Under the pieces are notes generated by a model. That model was not told the origin of the DNA and ran no database searches. It worked only from the letters and a program-made list of their open reading frames with translations. From NCBI RefSeq assembly GCF_006345805.1, contig NC_042997.1:174716001-174780000 (forward strand): a stretch of DNA of 64,000 bases, given 5' to 3'. Numbering within the stretch: position 1 is the stretch's first letter; every line of letters starts with the position of its first letter. The position numbers and the translations under genes are program-made. The stretch is from Octopus sinensis. Its lineage: Eukaryota. This document shows positions 26,488 through 39,337 of the stretch, piece by piece.

Positions 26488-28034
26488 CAGGGCTGCACAC
26501 AGATGGGACAAGTTACAAGGTAGAGCTTTTCTTTTGGGGGATGAAAAAAACAAAAAAACAAAAGAAAAAAAGGGGGTGGCGTAGGTTTTCGATCAAGAGG
26601 GATCGTAAAAGGGAAGAAAAGAACCAAAAAAAAAAAATAAAAATAAAATAAAAAATAAAATAAAAAATAAAAAGAATAAAAAGAAAAAAAAGAAACGGAA
26701 AAGGAACAAAAGAAAAGAGAAATAAAAAAGAAGAAAAAAGGGGGAAAAAGAGGAAGAAGAAAAAAGGGGGAAAAAGGGGGAAAAGAACGATCAATAGGGA
26801 TCGTGTATCACAGTGTTATGATATATGGTGTAAAGGGGAAAGCAAGTAAGGTTTATCCGTGGGAAGAAAAGCCTACGAAAAAGACCACGGTAACCTTGGT
26901 CAATATTGTTATATGTTACCACATTTGTTTGCAAGTGGGTAACCCTCTGTTTTCAATTTCTGGGTTCATAGGATTATGCTCAAGGTGGCTTCGTCATTCA
27001 TACGTGCCATCCTTGCTACATTCACCCATCTTTTTTTAAAACATTCGCTAGACAAAACTTGCCTCTCTACTCTCACTTTCCTTTTCAAGTGGTACTTGAA
27101 GAAGTTGATGAGAGATTAACCAGAGAGGAAAGTGTTTGTCTCCAATCCTTTCAGACGCGTCCACCAGATACATTCTTCGCCATAGCCACAAGGATGATGA
27201 AAATAGCTCTTCCTTCCCGTTTGAAGGAAGGATGTGTGACAATATTGACGATAGACTCAGCTGATAAACCGACTCGTCCCACACGTGACAGCAGTTGTTC
27301 GACACAAGCCCACAGGTCGGAAATTGTTGGACACTGCACGAGTACGTGCAGAACGGTTTCGTCGCTCTGACCGCATCTCGGGCAGGTCGGCCCCGTGTTT
27401 CTCGAGCCGTGTCTGTAGAGCTTATCCCGAATGGGTAGCGCTTCTCGGTAACACTGCCAGGCCAGGGATCTCTGGAAGTTGTCCATGGGCCCTGGCCCGA
27501 AAGTCGTCCTGAACAGGTGGGTCAGGTACTCCTCGTCGACGTCCAGGTTCGCCCCGAGCTCGTCGTCGTACCTCCCCTCCACTAATCCCCTATAGAATGC
27601 TTTGGTTGTGTTGAAGTCACTCAAGGTCGACCCAGGACGGCAGAGTTGCTTGAGAGCAACGCGACACTCGCGGTGCCATTCGCCCTTCCTCGGCCTCTTT
27701 TTGATCCACGACTGCAGTTCGGTCATGGAGACGAGCTGCGGGAAAGCGTGCCTCACAAACGGCGACCACACCTGTTCACCGTCGACTACGTAGAGCCAGA
27801 GATGTCGCAGTCTCAGCGCGTGTCTGCGCATCATCAACCACGGCATGCCCAGCCCTCCTTTTAACGGGTGTTGACAGCAAATGGATCGCCTGACCATCGG
27901 GACGCATCCTTTCCACAAGAAGCGAAAGAGAATGCGTTGTAGTTTGGTGATGGTAGGGTCGGGACAAGGTACGACGGTCAGGCGGTAGTAGATGACGGAC
28001 GCGATGTACGTGTTCGCCACCTCCGCCCGACCTT

Positions 28035-28035
<1 letters not shown>
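26488..28035 (-). mobile_element. Tx1-like element A, 5'-truncated in late ORF2 (3'-end type 1)
   Basis: KGRAEVANTYIASVIYYRLTVVPC...TCPRCGQSDETVLHVLVQC; ORF2 stop ~26966; A-rich 3' UTR. Confidence 0.9.
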
Positions 28036-28110
<75 letters not shown>

Positions 28111-28120
28111 CAGACAGATA

Positions 28121-28362
28121 ACTTTCTTTATGGCCACACAGGGCTGAATACAGAGGGGACAAATACAAATGTAGAGCTTTTCTTTTCGAAGATGGAAAAA
28201 GGAAAAAGGAACAAAAAAGGAAAGAAATGTAAAATTCCGATCAAAAGGGATCGGGAAAAAAAAAGGAGCAATCAAAAGGAATCGTGTATCATAGAAACAA
28301 TTTTTTTTTAAAGTAAGAAACAAGATTGGGTTCATCCGTGGAAGAAAAGCCTACAGAAAAGA
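28121..28362 (-). mobile_element. Tx1-like element B, 3' UTR only (type 2)
   Basis: actttctttatggccacacagggctgaatacagaggggacaaatacaaatg; bounded by (GATA)n at 28036-28120 and 28363-28530. Confidence 0.85.
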
Positions 28363-28379
28363 CAGAGAGACAGACAGAC

Positions 28380-28458
<79 letters not shown>

Positions 28459-28498
28459 CAGATAGATAGATAGATAGATAGATAGAAGATAGATAGAT

Positions 28499-28532
<34 letters not shown>

Positions 28533-28830
28533 TTTTATTGTAGCCACACAGGGCTAAACACAGAATAAAAATGGACGAAATACAATGTAGAATTTTTTCT
28601 TTTCGAGGTGGGATGGGTGGGGCAAAAAAAAAAAAAAAAAAAAAAACGTTTGATCAATAGAGATCTGTGGGTTGTGTGGTGTATAAAAAAGCACTATATA
28701 TATATATATATAAGGTTCACAGTTCGGTGTAGCCTTGGAAAGAAAAACCTACAAAAAAGACCAAGGTCACCTCAGACAGTTCGAAAAAGAATACATGAGT
28801 AAGTCGCCTTACTTCTCGTTGTCTCTTTTG

Positions 28831-31800
28831 TTACAGATTTATGCTTAAAATAGCGTCGTCTTTCATACTGACCCTTTTTTGCCACTTTTACCCACTTTTT
28901 ATTAAAACATTCGTTCGACAAAGCCTTCCTCTCTATTCTCATCCTCCTTTTCAAGTGGTACTTGAAAAAGTTGACGAGAGACTGACCAGAGAGGAAGATG
29001 TTTGTTTGCAGTCCTTTCAAACGCGTCCACCACACACATTCTTTCGCCATAGCCATCAGCGCGTAACGAAAACCGTTTTCCCTTCCCGTTTAAAGGAAGG
29101 TGGTGGAACAATATTCACGATAGACTCGGCCGATAGGCGAGCCTGACCTACACGTGACAACAGCTGTTCGACGAAGGACCACAGCTCTGAAATATCTGGA
29201 CACTGCACGAGTGCGTGCAGAACGGTTTCGTCGCTCTGACCGCATCTCGGGCAGGTCGGTCCGGTGATGGTTTTCGAACCGTGTCTGTAGCTCTTCTCTC
29301 GAAAAGGTAGTGCGTCTCGATAGCACTGCCAAGCCAGGGATTTCTGGAAGTTATCCATAGGCCCCGGCCCGAACGTCGTCCTGAACAGGCGGGTTAGGAA
29401 TTCCTCGTCGACGCCCAGGTTTGCCCCGAGTGTGTCGTCGGACCTCCCCTCCACTAGTCCTCTATAGAACGCTTTAGTCGTTTGGAAGTTGCACAAGTTT
29501 GACCCCGGTCGGCAGAGCTGCTGTAGAGCTTGGCGACACTCTCGGTGCCAATCGCCCAGTTTCGGTCTCTTTTTGATCCACGTTTGCAGTTCGGTCAGTG
29601 AGACGAGCTGCGGGAAGTCGCGCCTCACAAACGGCGCCCACACCTGTTCACCGTCGTCGATGAATTTCCAGAGATGTCGCAGTCTCAGCGCATGCCTGCG
29701 CATCATCAACCACGGCATGCCCAGTCCTCCATTCAACGGATGTTGACAGCAAATGGACTTCCTCACCATCGGAACGCCACCCTTCCACAGAAGCGGAAGA
29801 GTATGCGTTCCAGTTTGGTGATGGTGGCGTCGGGACAAGGTACGACGGTCAGGCGGTAATCGATGACGGATGCGATGTACGCGTTCGCCACCTCCGCCCG
29901 GCCTTTTAGAGACAGCTTTCTCTCGGCCCATTTTTGGCTGAGAGCGACCACTCTACTCGTGATCTCGTCACAGTTCTTATCCATTTGGAGGTCCGGACTG
30001 AACCAGACCCCGAGCAATTTAACCGGTCCGTCCGTCCAACGTCCCACTACTGAGCCGCAGTCGGACGGCATGGGCTTGCTTCTCCAGGTGCCGAGTAGCA
30101 AACCCACTGACTTTTCCGGGTTAATCTTTGCTCCCGTCACCGTTTCATATTTTCTTAGTGTCTCGCCGACCAGCTCGATATGCTGGTAGCTCGACACTAT
30201 GACGGTGACATCGTCCGCATATGCCGACACGCTCGTCCCGCAACCTAGTTCCCGTGGGATGCCCCTCAGTGTCGCCAGCTTCCGCAGTAGCGGCTCGAGA
30301 GTCAATACATACAGAAGCGCCGACAGGGGACACCCCTGACGGACCGAACGCGTGATGTCAAACGGTTTCGACAGGTGACCGTTCACCCGAATCACCGATC
30401 GGATGCCGCTATACAAGGCAGCGATCCAACCGCGGAACACGGGACCGAAGCCAGCCGCCCTGAGGACGGCCGCCAAGTACCGATGGTCGACCCTATCGAA
30501 GGCTTTAGACTGATCCAAATTTATCAGCGCCCCACCCATGCCAGGATCCTTAACTACCCTGTCCACAATGTAGCGCATCAGATGGAGGTTGTCATGTATG
30601 GTTCTGCCCGGCACGGCGCATGTTTGCGCCCTGTCGACCAGTTTACCAATGACAAGCGCCAACCTCTCGGCTATTACTTTGGCCAAAATTTTCAAATCTG
30701 CGTTGAGCAGAGTGATGGGCCTGAAATTATCTATAAAATTCCCCTTGTTTGAGTCTTTCTTCAGCAACGTCACTGCACCTCGGCTCACGAAACCGGGGAT
30801 TCTCCCGTTTTGTTGCCAGTTGCAGTAGACTGATGCCAAGAGGTCGCCAAACAAGTCTGGCATTCGACAATACAGCTCGTAGGGTAAACCATCCAATCCA
30901 GGCGACTTATCCCTCGCGCAGCCCGCCATCGCATCCCACACATCAGCGGCTGTGATGGGACTTTCACAACACTCCGCCTCTCTTGCCGAGAGCCGCGGCA
31001 GGTCGGTCAGGTAGGCACTGAAATCCATCCCTCGTTCCGACCCACCACTCGCACCAAACAGTCGAGCAAAGTGCTGTTGAAAGGCCTCACACATCCTTTC
31101 GGGTTCGAGTAAACTGCATCCCTGTTGATCTATTAGAGACCGAATGGTTGATCTGTTGCCACGCTGCGCCTCCGCTACCCGGGCCTCTCGCGCAGCTTCA
31201 ATCCCTTCGTTCCTTAAGGCACGCATTTTAGCTCTGACGACGCAACCTTCGTGCTTGGCGTTGAGGTGTTGGTCGAGGGCCATCCTCGCAGCTAGCACGT
31301 TGGTTGCGCTGCCAGTGGTAAGTGCCTCTTCTAGTTTCTTAACTAAGTCTCCCTCTACTCTATTTCGTTCTATCGCTAATTCCTTGCTAAACCTAATTGA
31401 TTCCGATTTTATTGCCATTTTCAGGGCGTACCACCAGCTGTTGTTAACGACCGCTCCCGTCAGCGCCCTCTTAATTAACTCGCTAATCCGGTTCCTGTAA
31501 ACCTGTCGCGCTAACAGCGACGTGTTCAGTTTCCAGTAACCGGGACCCTGCCTATGTGTTTTATCTAAGTCGAGCGTACACGTAACAAATTTGTGATCTG
31601 TGTAGCTGACTACTTTAAATTGTGGACATCCTACACTATCCCTATCCGCTGTCCTGCATAGAATTCTATCTAGATAAGATCTCGACGATCCGACGCGGTT
31701 TGTCCAAGTCCACGTTGGCACGTTCGGATGGTCGAGTCGGAACCTGTCAGACAAATGGAAACGTCTGAGCAGGTCTTTGAGGCTCTTACACCCCCTTCTA

Positions 31801-32273
31801 TTCCTATCCCTTCCCACATAATCTAGATGCGTGTCCAAGGTAGCGTTCCAATCCCCTACTAACAGTAAAGGTCTAGACGTACCCAGGAAAACCTCTAGAC
31901 GTCTGAAGAAATCCGCCCGACCCGTTAAGGACGGTGCATAAACTGCCATCAGACGGAATGCACACCCATTTCTGCCATCCACGTCCAAGACAACCAGCCT
32001 ACCCTCCGGGTCTAGGAATATTGCTCTTACTTTTACCTTTAGACTCTTTCGAAAAAGCACCGCAGTACCTCCACCACCCATGTTCGGCAGACAGGGAGAA
32101 AAATAAATGTCAAATTGATTAGCCAAACATGGACTCGAGGGCCCGCGGCTTACTGAGTCTGGTTTCACTGATAGCTACTATATCCACGTCCAGTGACTTG
32201 ATGTCGTTTAGAAGGTAACCTTGCTTCCAAGCCGACGCCAAGCCACGCGCATTCACACAACCTATTTAAGCAT
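28831..32273 (-). pseudogene. Element C ORF2: APE endonuclease + RT + C-terminal CCHC zinc finger, few frameshifts
   Basis: (MLK)IGCVNARGL; GDWNATLD; SYLDRI; YTDHK; PGLDGLPYELY; NFRPITLLNADLKIL; LDQSKAFDRVDH; RQGCPLS; YADD; TCPRCGQSDETVLHALVQC; includes the 801-aa ORF 29763..32168. Confidence 0.92.
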
Positions 32274-32347
32274 ACTTGACATTTACGAAAATTGTGTTTT
32301 ACACACTATATTAGAAGAGACAAGAGGCAAGAAGTGAGGTCACTTAC

Positions 32348-34080
32348 TCATTTTAAAAGTTCCATTTTTTTTTCTTCTTCTTTTGTATCGTTTTTGATGA
32401 GGTGTTTGTATAGTTTTTTCGACAGGTATCGTTGATACCCGCCTACCGCATTCGGAAATAATGTTTTCAGTATGTGGTGTTGTGCTTGTGTTATGTGTAA
32501 AATTCTGATGTGTTTCGGTGGTGTGGTGTGCGGATGATTGTTTGTCTTAAAATCATCTTCACAGACGACCATGTTAGATTTGATGTAGTCCATTAATTCT
32601 TTATTGTCTGTGTCTATTGCAGTTAGTTGTGTGTGTGGTTTTACGGGTTCATTACTTTTTGATTGTCTAGGGGAATGTTGTCCTGAGTGAGATATCTCCC
32701 TGCTTTAATTCCTTGTTTGGTGGATTTTTTGGATCTTTTTCTTTTACCCCTGTGGCTATTTGCCATTCCGTCGAACTTTCGTCGTCCGAGGTATCAGTAT
32801 GGGTGGGTAGAGGAAAAAGAACAGGATCACTATGTATGCTTGTATAAATTGTTGATGTTTTGTGCGGTGTTTGTGTTGTTGTGGTGTTAGGGGTAGCATT
32901 TGTCTTCTCGTCAGTGTTTTCTGTCTTTTTAATTGTCGTCCTGGGTGTGGGTGTGGGTCGATTTTTTGAAGATTCAACAAGTTTAATTGGTTGTGACGTC
33001 AACGGTGATTGTGTTGGTGCTGTTTTTCTTGGTGATGTTGTTGGGGTTTGTTGCTGGTTTGTTGTTTTTCTTGGCGTTGTTCCATAATTGAGTGTGTTGG
33101 TGTTGGTGTTGGCAACAAAGGGATTTTATTTGTTTTCTGAATTGTTCTTTCTTGTTTTTTCTGTACCAGATGCACTTGGCAATCAAATGTTCGGGGCTGC
33201 CACATTTGTAGCATCTAGGCTTTTTGCCTTCTGCCATAACATATAGGCATTGCCCATTCTCCAAGTATATCTTGTCGGGTAGGCTCTCGATAGAGGCCCC
33301 CTCATCTGGATGGTCACACTACTGTTTTTCCACCCCAATTGTCGTTTAGGTACACGGCTGTTTCTAGAATATTGATCTTTTTCAAGTGGTAACAGATTGC
33401 CCCTGTTATCCATTTGTTCGGCATATCGGGGGGTACATTTCTGATAGTAATTCTACTCACCCTCTGGTTTTTATAATAAGGGACCATGATGATTTCATCA
33501 TTTCCCAGAGACTCAGTAGAGTGAGCTTTTGCCACTTCCTGGTTAGGGAAGCGGACCACTACTGTGTTAAACTGGGGACCCCAGTTTATATACTCTTTTT
33601 CTTTCATTATGTTTTTAAACATTTCTCCACATCAGTTTTTGTAATCTGTTCATTTGGTTTTTGTTTTTTCTAATAATTTTATATACAATTGTCTTATTTT
33701 CAATTTCTTGTTTTATATGTTGAGGTGTATGCAGGACTAAATCTTGTCCACGGGTTGTAAAGAGAGCTCTTGTTTCTATGAGCTCTTCATTTGTGAATGT
33801 AACAATCTCCTTTTTCTGGCGAAGAATATCTGCGAAATTTACTGTTGTTGACTTTTTTGTATTAGCATCTTCACTATTAGATAGTTCATTTTTATTGTTG
33901 TTCTTGTTGTTGCTGTTGTTTTTGTCAATAGTTTTCGTTTCAGTTTTATTTTTTCATTTATGTTGGTCGTGGTAGTGGTGGTGGTGGTGGTGGAGGTGGT
34001 GGTGGTAGCAGTGTTGTTGTCTCGTGGTTGCTGTTGTTAGTGGTGGTGGTGGCGGTGGTGACAGAGCTGTTAACGCACGT
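32348..34080 (-). pseudogene. Element C ORF1 (gag-like), frameshifted; start approximate
   Basis: T/N-rich N-terminus; RRM-like region (YINWGPQFNTVVVRFPN); PRCYKCGSPEHLIAKC knuckle; conserved C-terminal block ending MELLK*. Confidence 0.75.
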
Positions 34081-34418
34081 GGTTGCAGCGTTCCTTTCAC
34101 CGAATTTCACGTTGGCATTTTCCGTGCGAACGTTCTTTTTTTTTCTGTCGTTTCCAGACTAGGAAAATTTGTTCCAAAAAAGAACGCGACCAGCGTTCAA
34201 CAATAAAATTTCTAGACATTTTCTAATGTCGAGAAGAAAATAACAGAAATGAAATGGGGTCGAAACTGCCCCTAGGGGCGAATTCCTCCCTTGGGAAGCA
34301 CTCAAATGAAAGTTGGTTGCCTTACACACCTTATTTGCAAAAATCTACACAGAAATTGGCCTATAAATAGTCAAAATAAATGATTACCTTCGGAGCTGAA
34401 ACGACATCACATCCGTCA

Positions 34419-34465
<47 letters not shown>

Positions 34466-37400
34466 TGTTTCTTTATTAGCCACACAGGGCTGCACACAGA
34501 TAGAACAAATTACAAGGTAGAGCTTTTCTTTTGAAGGTTTAAAAAAAAAAAAAAAAAAAAAGGAAGGGGGAGTTTCGATCAAAAGGGATCGTAAAAGGAG
34601 AGAAAGAGGACAAAAGAAAGGGGGTGTTAAAAAAAAAAAAAAGGGGGAGAGGAAAAAAAATTGATCAATAGGGATCGTTATCACAGAAATGTCAATATGA
34701 AGTGTAAAGGGGAGGACAGGTGAGGTTTACCCGTGGAAAGAAAAGCCTACGGAAAAGACCACGGTAACCTCGGTCAATGAAGTCACATTTTATATTTCTT
34801 TTTTTTTTTTTTTTTTTTTTTGCAAATAAGCAACTCTCTGTTTTCGATTTCTGGGTTCATAGGACTATGCTCAAGGTGGCTTCGTCATTCATACGTGCCA
34901 TTCTTGCAACATTCACCCATCTTTTTTTAAAACATTCGCTAGACAAAACTTGCCTCTCTACTCTCACTTTCCTTTTCAAGTGGTACTTGAAGAAGTTGAT
35001 GAGAGATTGACCAGAGAGGAAAGTGTTTGTCTCCAATCCTTTCAGACGCGTCCACCAGATACATTCTTTCGCCATAGCCACAAGGATGATGAAAATAGCT
35101 CTTCCTTCCCGTTTGAAGGAAGGAGGCGTGACAATATTGACGAAAGACTCAGCTGATAAACCGACTCGTCCAACACGTGACAGCAGTTGTTCGACATAAG
35201 CCCACAGGTCGGAAATTGTTGGACACTGAACGAGTGCGTGCAGAACGGTTTCGTCGCTCTGACCGCATCTCGGGCAGGTCGGCCCCGTGTTCTCGAGCCG
35301 TGTCTGTAGAGCTTATCCCGAACGGGTAGCGCTTCTCGGTAGCACTGCCAGGCCAGGGATCTCTGGAAGTTGTCCATGGGCCCTGGCCCGAAAGTCGTCC
35401 CGAACAGGCGGGTCAGGTACTCCTCGTCGACGTCCAGGTTCGCCCCGAGCTCGTCGTCGTACCTCCCCTCCACTAAACCCCTATAGAATGCTTTGGTTGT
35501 GTTGAAGTCACTTAAGGTCGACCCAGGACGGCAGAGTTGCTTGAGAGCAACGCGACACTCGCGGTGCCATTCGCCCTTCCTCGGCCTCTTTTTGATCCAC
35601 GACTGCAGTTCGGTCATGGAGACGAGCTGCGGGAAAGCGTGCCTCACAAACGGCGACCACCTGTTCACCGTCATCTACATAGAGCCAGAGATGTCGCAGT
35701 CTCAGCGCGTGTCTGCGCATCATCAACCACGGCATGCCCAGCCCTCCTTTTAACGGGTGTTGACAGCAAATGGATCGCCTGACCATCGGGACGCATCCTT
35801 TCCACAAGAAGCGAAAGAGGATGCGTTGTAGTTTGGTGATGGTAGGGTCGGGACAAGGTACGACGGTCAGGCGGTAGTAGATGACGGACGCGATGTACGT
35901 GTTCGCCACCTCCGCTCGACCTTTTAGGGACAGTTTCCTCTCGGCCCATTGCCGGGCGAGAGTGACCACCCTACTCGTTATCTCGTTCCAGTTCTTCTCC
36001 ACTTGGAGGTCCGGACCAAACCAGACCCCGAGCAACTCAACCGGGCCGTCGGTCCAGCGTCCACGACGGAGGCGCTGGTGGACGGCATGGGCTTGCTTCT
36101 CCAGGTGCCTAGTCGCAAGCCCACTGACTTTTCCGGTTGATTTTCGCTCCTGTCACCACTTCGTAGTTTTTCAGTGTCTCGCCGACCAGCTCGATGTGCT
36201 CGTGGCTAGACACTATGACGGTGACGTCGTCCGCGTATGCAGACACGCTCGTCCCGCATCCCAATTCTCGCGGATGCCCCTTAGAGTCGCCAGCTTCCGC
36301 AGTAGTGGCTCAAGAGTCAATACGTATAGCAGCGCGAGAGGGGGCATCCCTGACGGACCGAACGTGCAATGTCGAAAGGTCTCGATAGATGTCCATTTAC
36401 GCGAATTACCGAACGGATGCCTCTGTACAAGGCAGCTATCCAGCCGCGGAAGACGGGACCGAAACCAGCCGCTCTCAGGACTGCCTCCAAGTATCGATGG
36501 TCTACCCTATCAAAGGCTTTCGATTGATCCAAGTTGATCAGGGCCCCACCCATGCCAGGTTCGTTAACTACCCTGTCTATGATGTAGCGCATCAGATGGA
36601 GGTTGTCATGGATGGTCCGGCCTGGCACGGCGCATGTTTGCGCCTTGTCGACCAGTTTGTCGATGACAAGCGCCAACCTCTTGGCTAGCACCTTGGCCAA
36701 AATTTTCAAGTCTGCATTAAGCAGAGTGATGGGCCTAAAGTTATCTATTACATTTCCCTTGTTTAGATCTTTCTTCAGCAGTGTTACGCTCCTCGGCTCA
36801 CAAAACCAGGAATGCTCCCGTTTTGCTGCCAGTTGCAGTACACCGCCGCCAAGAGATCTCCAAACAAGTCTGGCATACAATTGTAAAGCTCGTAGGGTAG
36901 ACCATCCAAACCGGTGATTTGTCCCTCGAGCATTCTGCCATCGCTTCCCGCACTTCCGCCGCCGTGATGGCACCTTCGCAGCACCCTGCCCTTCTTGTCG
37001 AGAGTCGTGGTAGGCTATGTAGGTAGGCACTGAAGTCCACCCTACGTTCTTGCCCTCCACTCGTTCCGAACAGTCGGGCGGCAAAATGCTGCTGAAAGGC
37101 CTCACACATTTTACTTGGCTCGAGCAATTCGCGCCCCTGTTCATCTACCAGTGACCGAATGGTGGCTTTGTTGCCCTGTTGCACCTCTGCCACCCGGGCC
37201 TCTCTCGCGGCTCCAACACCTTCGTTCCTTAGAGCACGCATCCTAGCTCTGACAGCACATCCTTCGTGTTTGGCGTTGACGTGTTGGTCGAGGGCCAACC
37301 TCGCCGCCAAAACGTCGGATGCGATGCCGCTTCTAATTGCCTCTTCTAGCTTCTTAACTAGCTCACCCTCTACTCTATTTCTATCTATGGCTAGTGCTTT

Positions 37401-39193
37401 GCTGTACCTAATCGCTTCTGCTTTTACTGCTCTCTTGAGGGCAAACCACCATTTGTTTTGATGATGGCTCCCGTCAAAGCCCTCTTACTAGTGTGCTAAT
37501 CCGGTCTCTGAAAACTTGTCTCGATGGGAAAGACGCGTTTAGTTTCCAGTATCCGGGACCCTGCCTAAGTGTCTTACCTAAGTCTAGCGTACATGTCACA
37601 AGTTTGTGATCCGTGTAGCTGACTATGTGGAATTGTGGACATCCTATGCTATCTCTATCTACTGTCCTACACAGTATCCTATCTAGATACGATCTCGACG
37701 ACCCGATGCGGTTGCTCCATGTCCACGTTGGCGCATTCGGGTGGTCTAGTCGGAACCTGTCAGACAAAGTTGAAAGCGTCTGAGCAGGTCTCTGAGACAT
37801 TTGCATCCCCGTCTATTCCTATCTCTACCCACATAGTCTACATGCGTGTCCAAGGTAGCATTCCAATCCCCACTAAGAGTAAAGGACGAGACGTTCCCAA
37901 GAAAACTTCTAGACGACGTTGAAAGAAATCCGCCCGACCTGTTAAGGGCGGTGCGTAAACTGATACGAGCCGAAAAGCGCACCCATTGCTGCCGTCGACA
38001 GACCAGGACGACCAGTCTACCCTCCGGGTCTACGAATATTGTCCTTACATTGAGATCCAGACTCTTGTGAAAAAGTACCGCGGTGCCACTACCGCCCATT
38101 CTCGGCAGACAGGGGGAAAAATAAATGTTGAACTGTCCGCCAAACATGGTCTTTAGGGCCCGCGGATTGTGGAGTCTGGTCTCGCTTATGGCTATGATTT
38201 CTAACTTATGTGACTTTATGTCATTTAAGAGGTACCCTTGTTTCCAAGGGGACCCCAAGCCACGCGCATTTACACAACCAATCTTGATCATAGTTCTAAT
38301 GAATTAGAATACAGAGGGTTACTTACTGCTCGAAAGTTTTTGCTTTCTCCTCCGTGGTTTGTCCCTCGAGAAGATCCCAGTACAGTTTCTTTGTGAGATA
38401 TTTTTGGCATTTACCAACCGCACTGGGGAAAATGCCTTTGAGTGTGTGGTGCAGACTTTTGGAGATGTGTAATATTTTGATGTGGTCTGGTGGTGTTGTG
38501 TATGGGTGATTGTTTGTTTTTATGTCATCTTCTGTTATGTTTGTTTTTGATTGGATGTATTCCATCAAATTTGTGTTTTTGTTGGTGTCTATGCTGTGAG
38601 CATGTTTGCTGTATATGTTTTTGTGGTGTTGGTGTGGCTGTTGTTTGCGTTGGGTTTTGAAATGTCTTCGGGAGATGTATTTCCCCCTGCTTTGTTCGTG
38701 TTGCATTTGGTTTGGTTGTGTTTCTGCTCTTTATTTTCCTTCTTTTTGTAGCTATTTGCCATTCCCCACTGGTTTCGTCTTCCGACGAAATTTCTGAGGA
38801 ATCAGAAGGGGGTAGGGGTATGTTGTGGGCTTCTATGTATGTCTGTGTAAGTGGTTGTGTTGTTTGTTGTTGTTTTCGTGTTGTTGGTGTTGAGTGTTGT
38901 TTGTGTGTGTTGAGTGCGGTATAAGGGATGGGGGATCAGTTTGTGTGTGTTTTCTTGTTTTTCTGTTCCTTTGGTTTTGCTGTTGATGGTGGTGTTGGTA
39001 TTTTTTCAGGTGTCGAGTGGTTTTTGGTTGATGACGGATTAGCTTGGTGTGCTTCTCTTGTCGTCTTCTGTGTTGATGGTGGTGTGGGTAGTAGAGCTTT
39101 TTTTCCGGAGTGCTTTGGTTGTGGTAGTGGTTGTTGTTGTTGCTCTTGGTGTGCAGTGGTTGGGCACGTCTTTTTCAAGTGTGTTTCGCTTCC
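34466..39193 (-). mobile_element. Tx1-like element D, 5'-truncated within ORF1 (type 1)
   Basis: Complete ORF2 span plus ORF1 C-terminal half; (GATA)n at 34419-34465 and 39194-39220. Confidence 0.9.
34857..38291 (-). pseudogene. Element D ORF2 (APE-RT-zf), multiple frameshifts
   Basis: MIKIGCVNARGLGSPWKQGYLL...ISETRL; RT motifs in ORF 36317..37144; ends ATLSIVL*. Confidence 0.9.
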
Positions 39194-39220
39194 ATAGATA
39201 GATAGATAGATAGATAGATA

Positions 39221-39305
39221 TGTTTCTTTATTAGCCACACAGGGCTGCACACAGATAGAACAAATTACAAGGTAGAGCTTTTCTTTTGAAGGTTTAAAAA
39301 AAAAA

Positions 39306-39337
<32 letters not shown>

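Larger units (their letters stand above)
28531..34419 (-). mobile_element. Tx1-like element C, full length (~5.9 kb, 3'-end type 3)
   Basis: 5' terminus TGACGGATGTGATGTCGTTT next to (GATA)n; ORF1 and ORF2 both present; most divergent copy. Confidence 0.9.

Noticed and set aside
27151-28335. 394-aa ORF joining a hydrophobic N-terminus and LSIY repeats to RT C-terminal sequence
   Set aside because: Chance read-through from element B's 3' UTR across (TCTA)n into truncated element A; no evidence of a real fusion protein.
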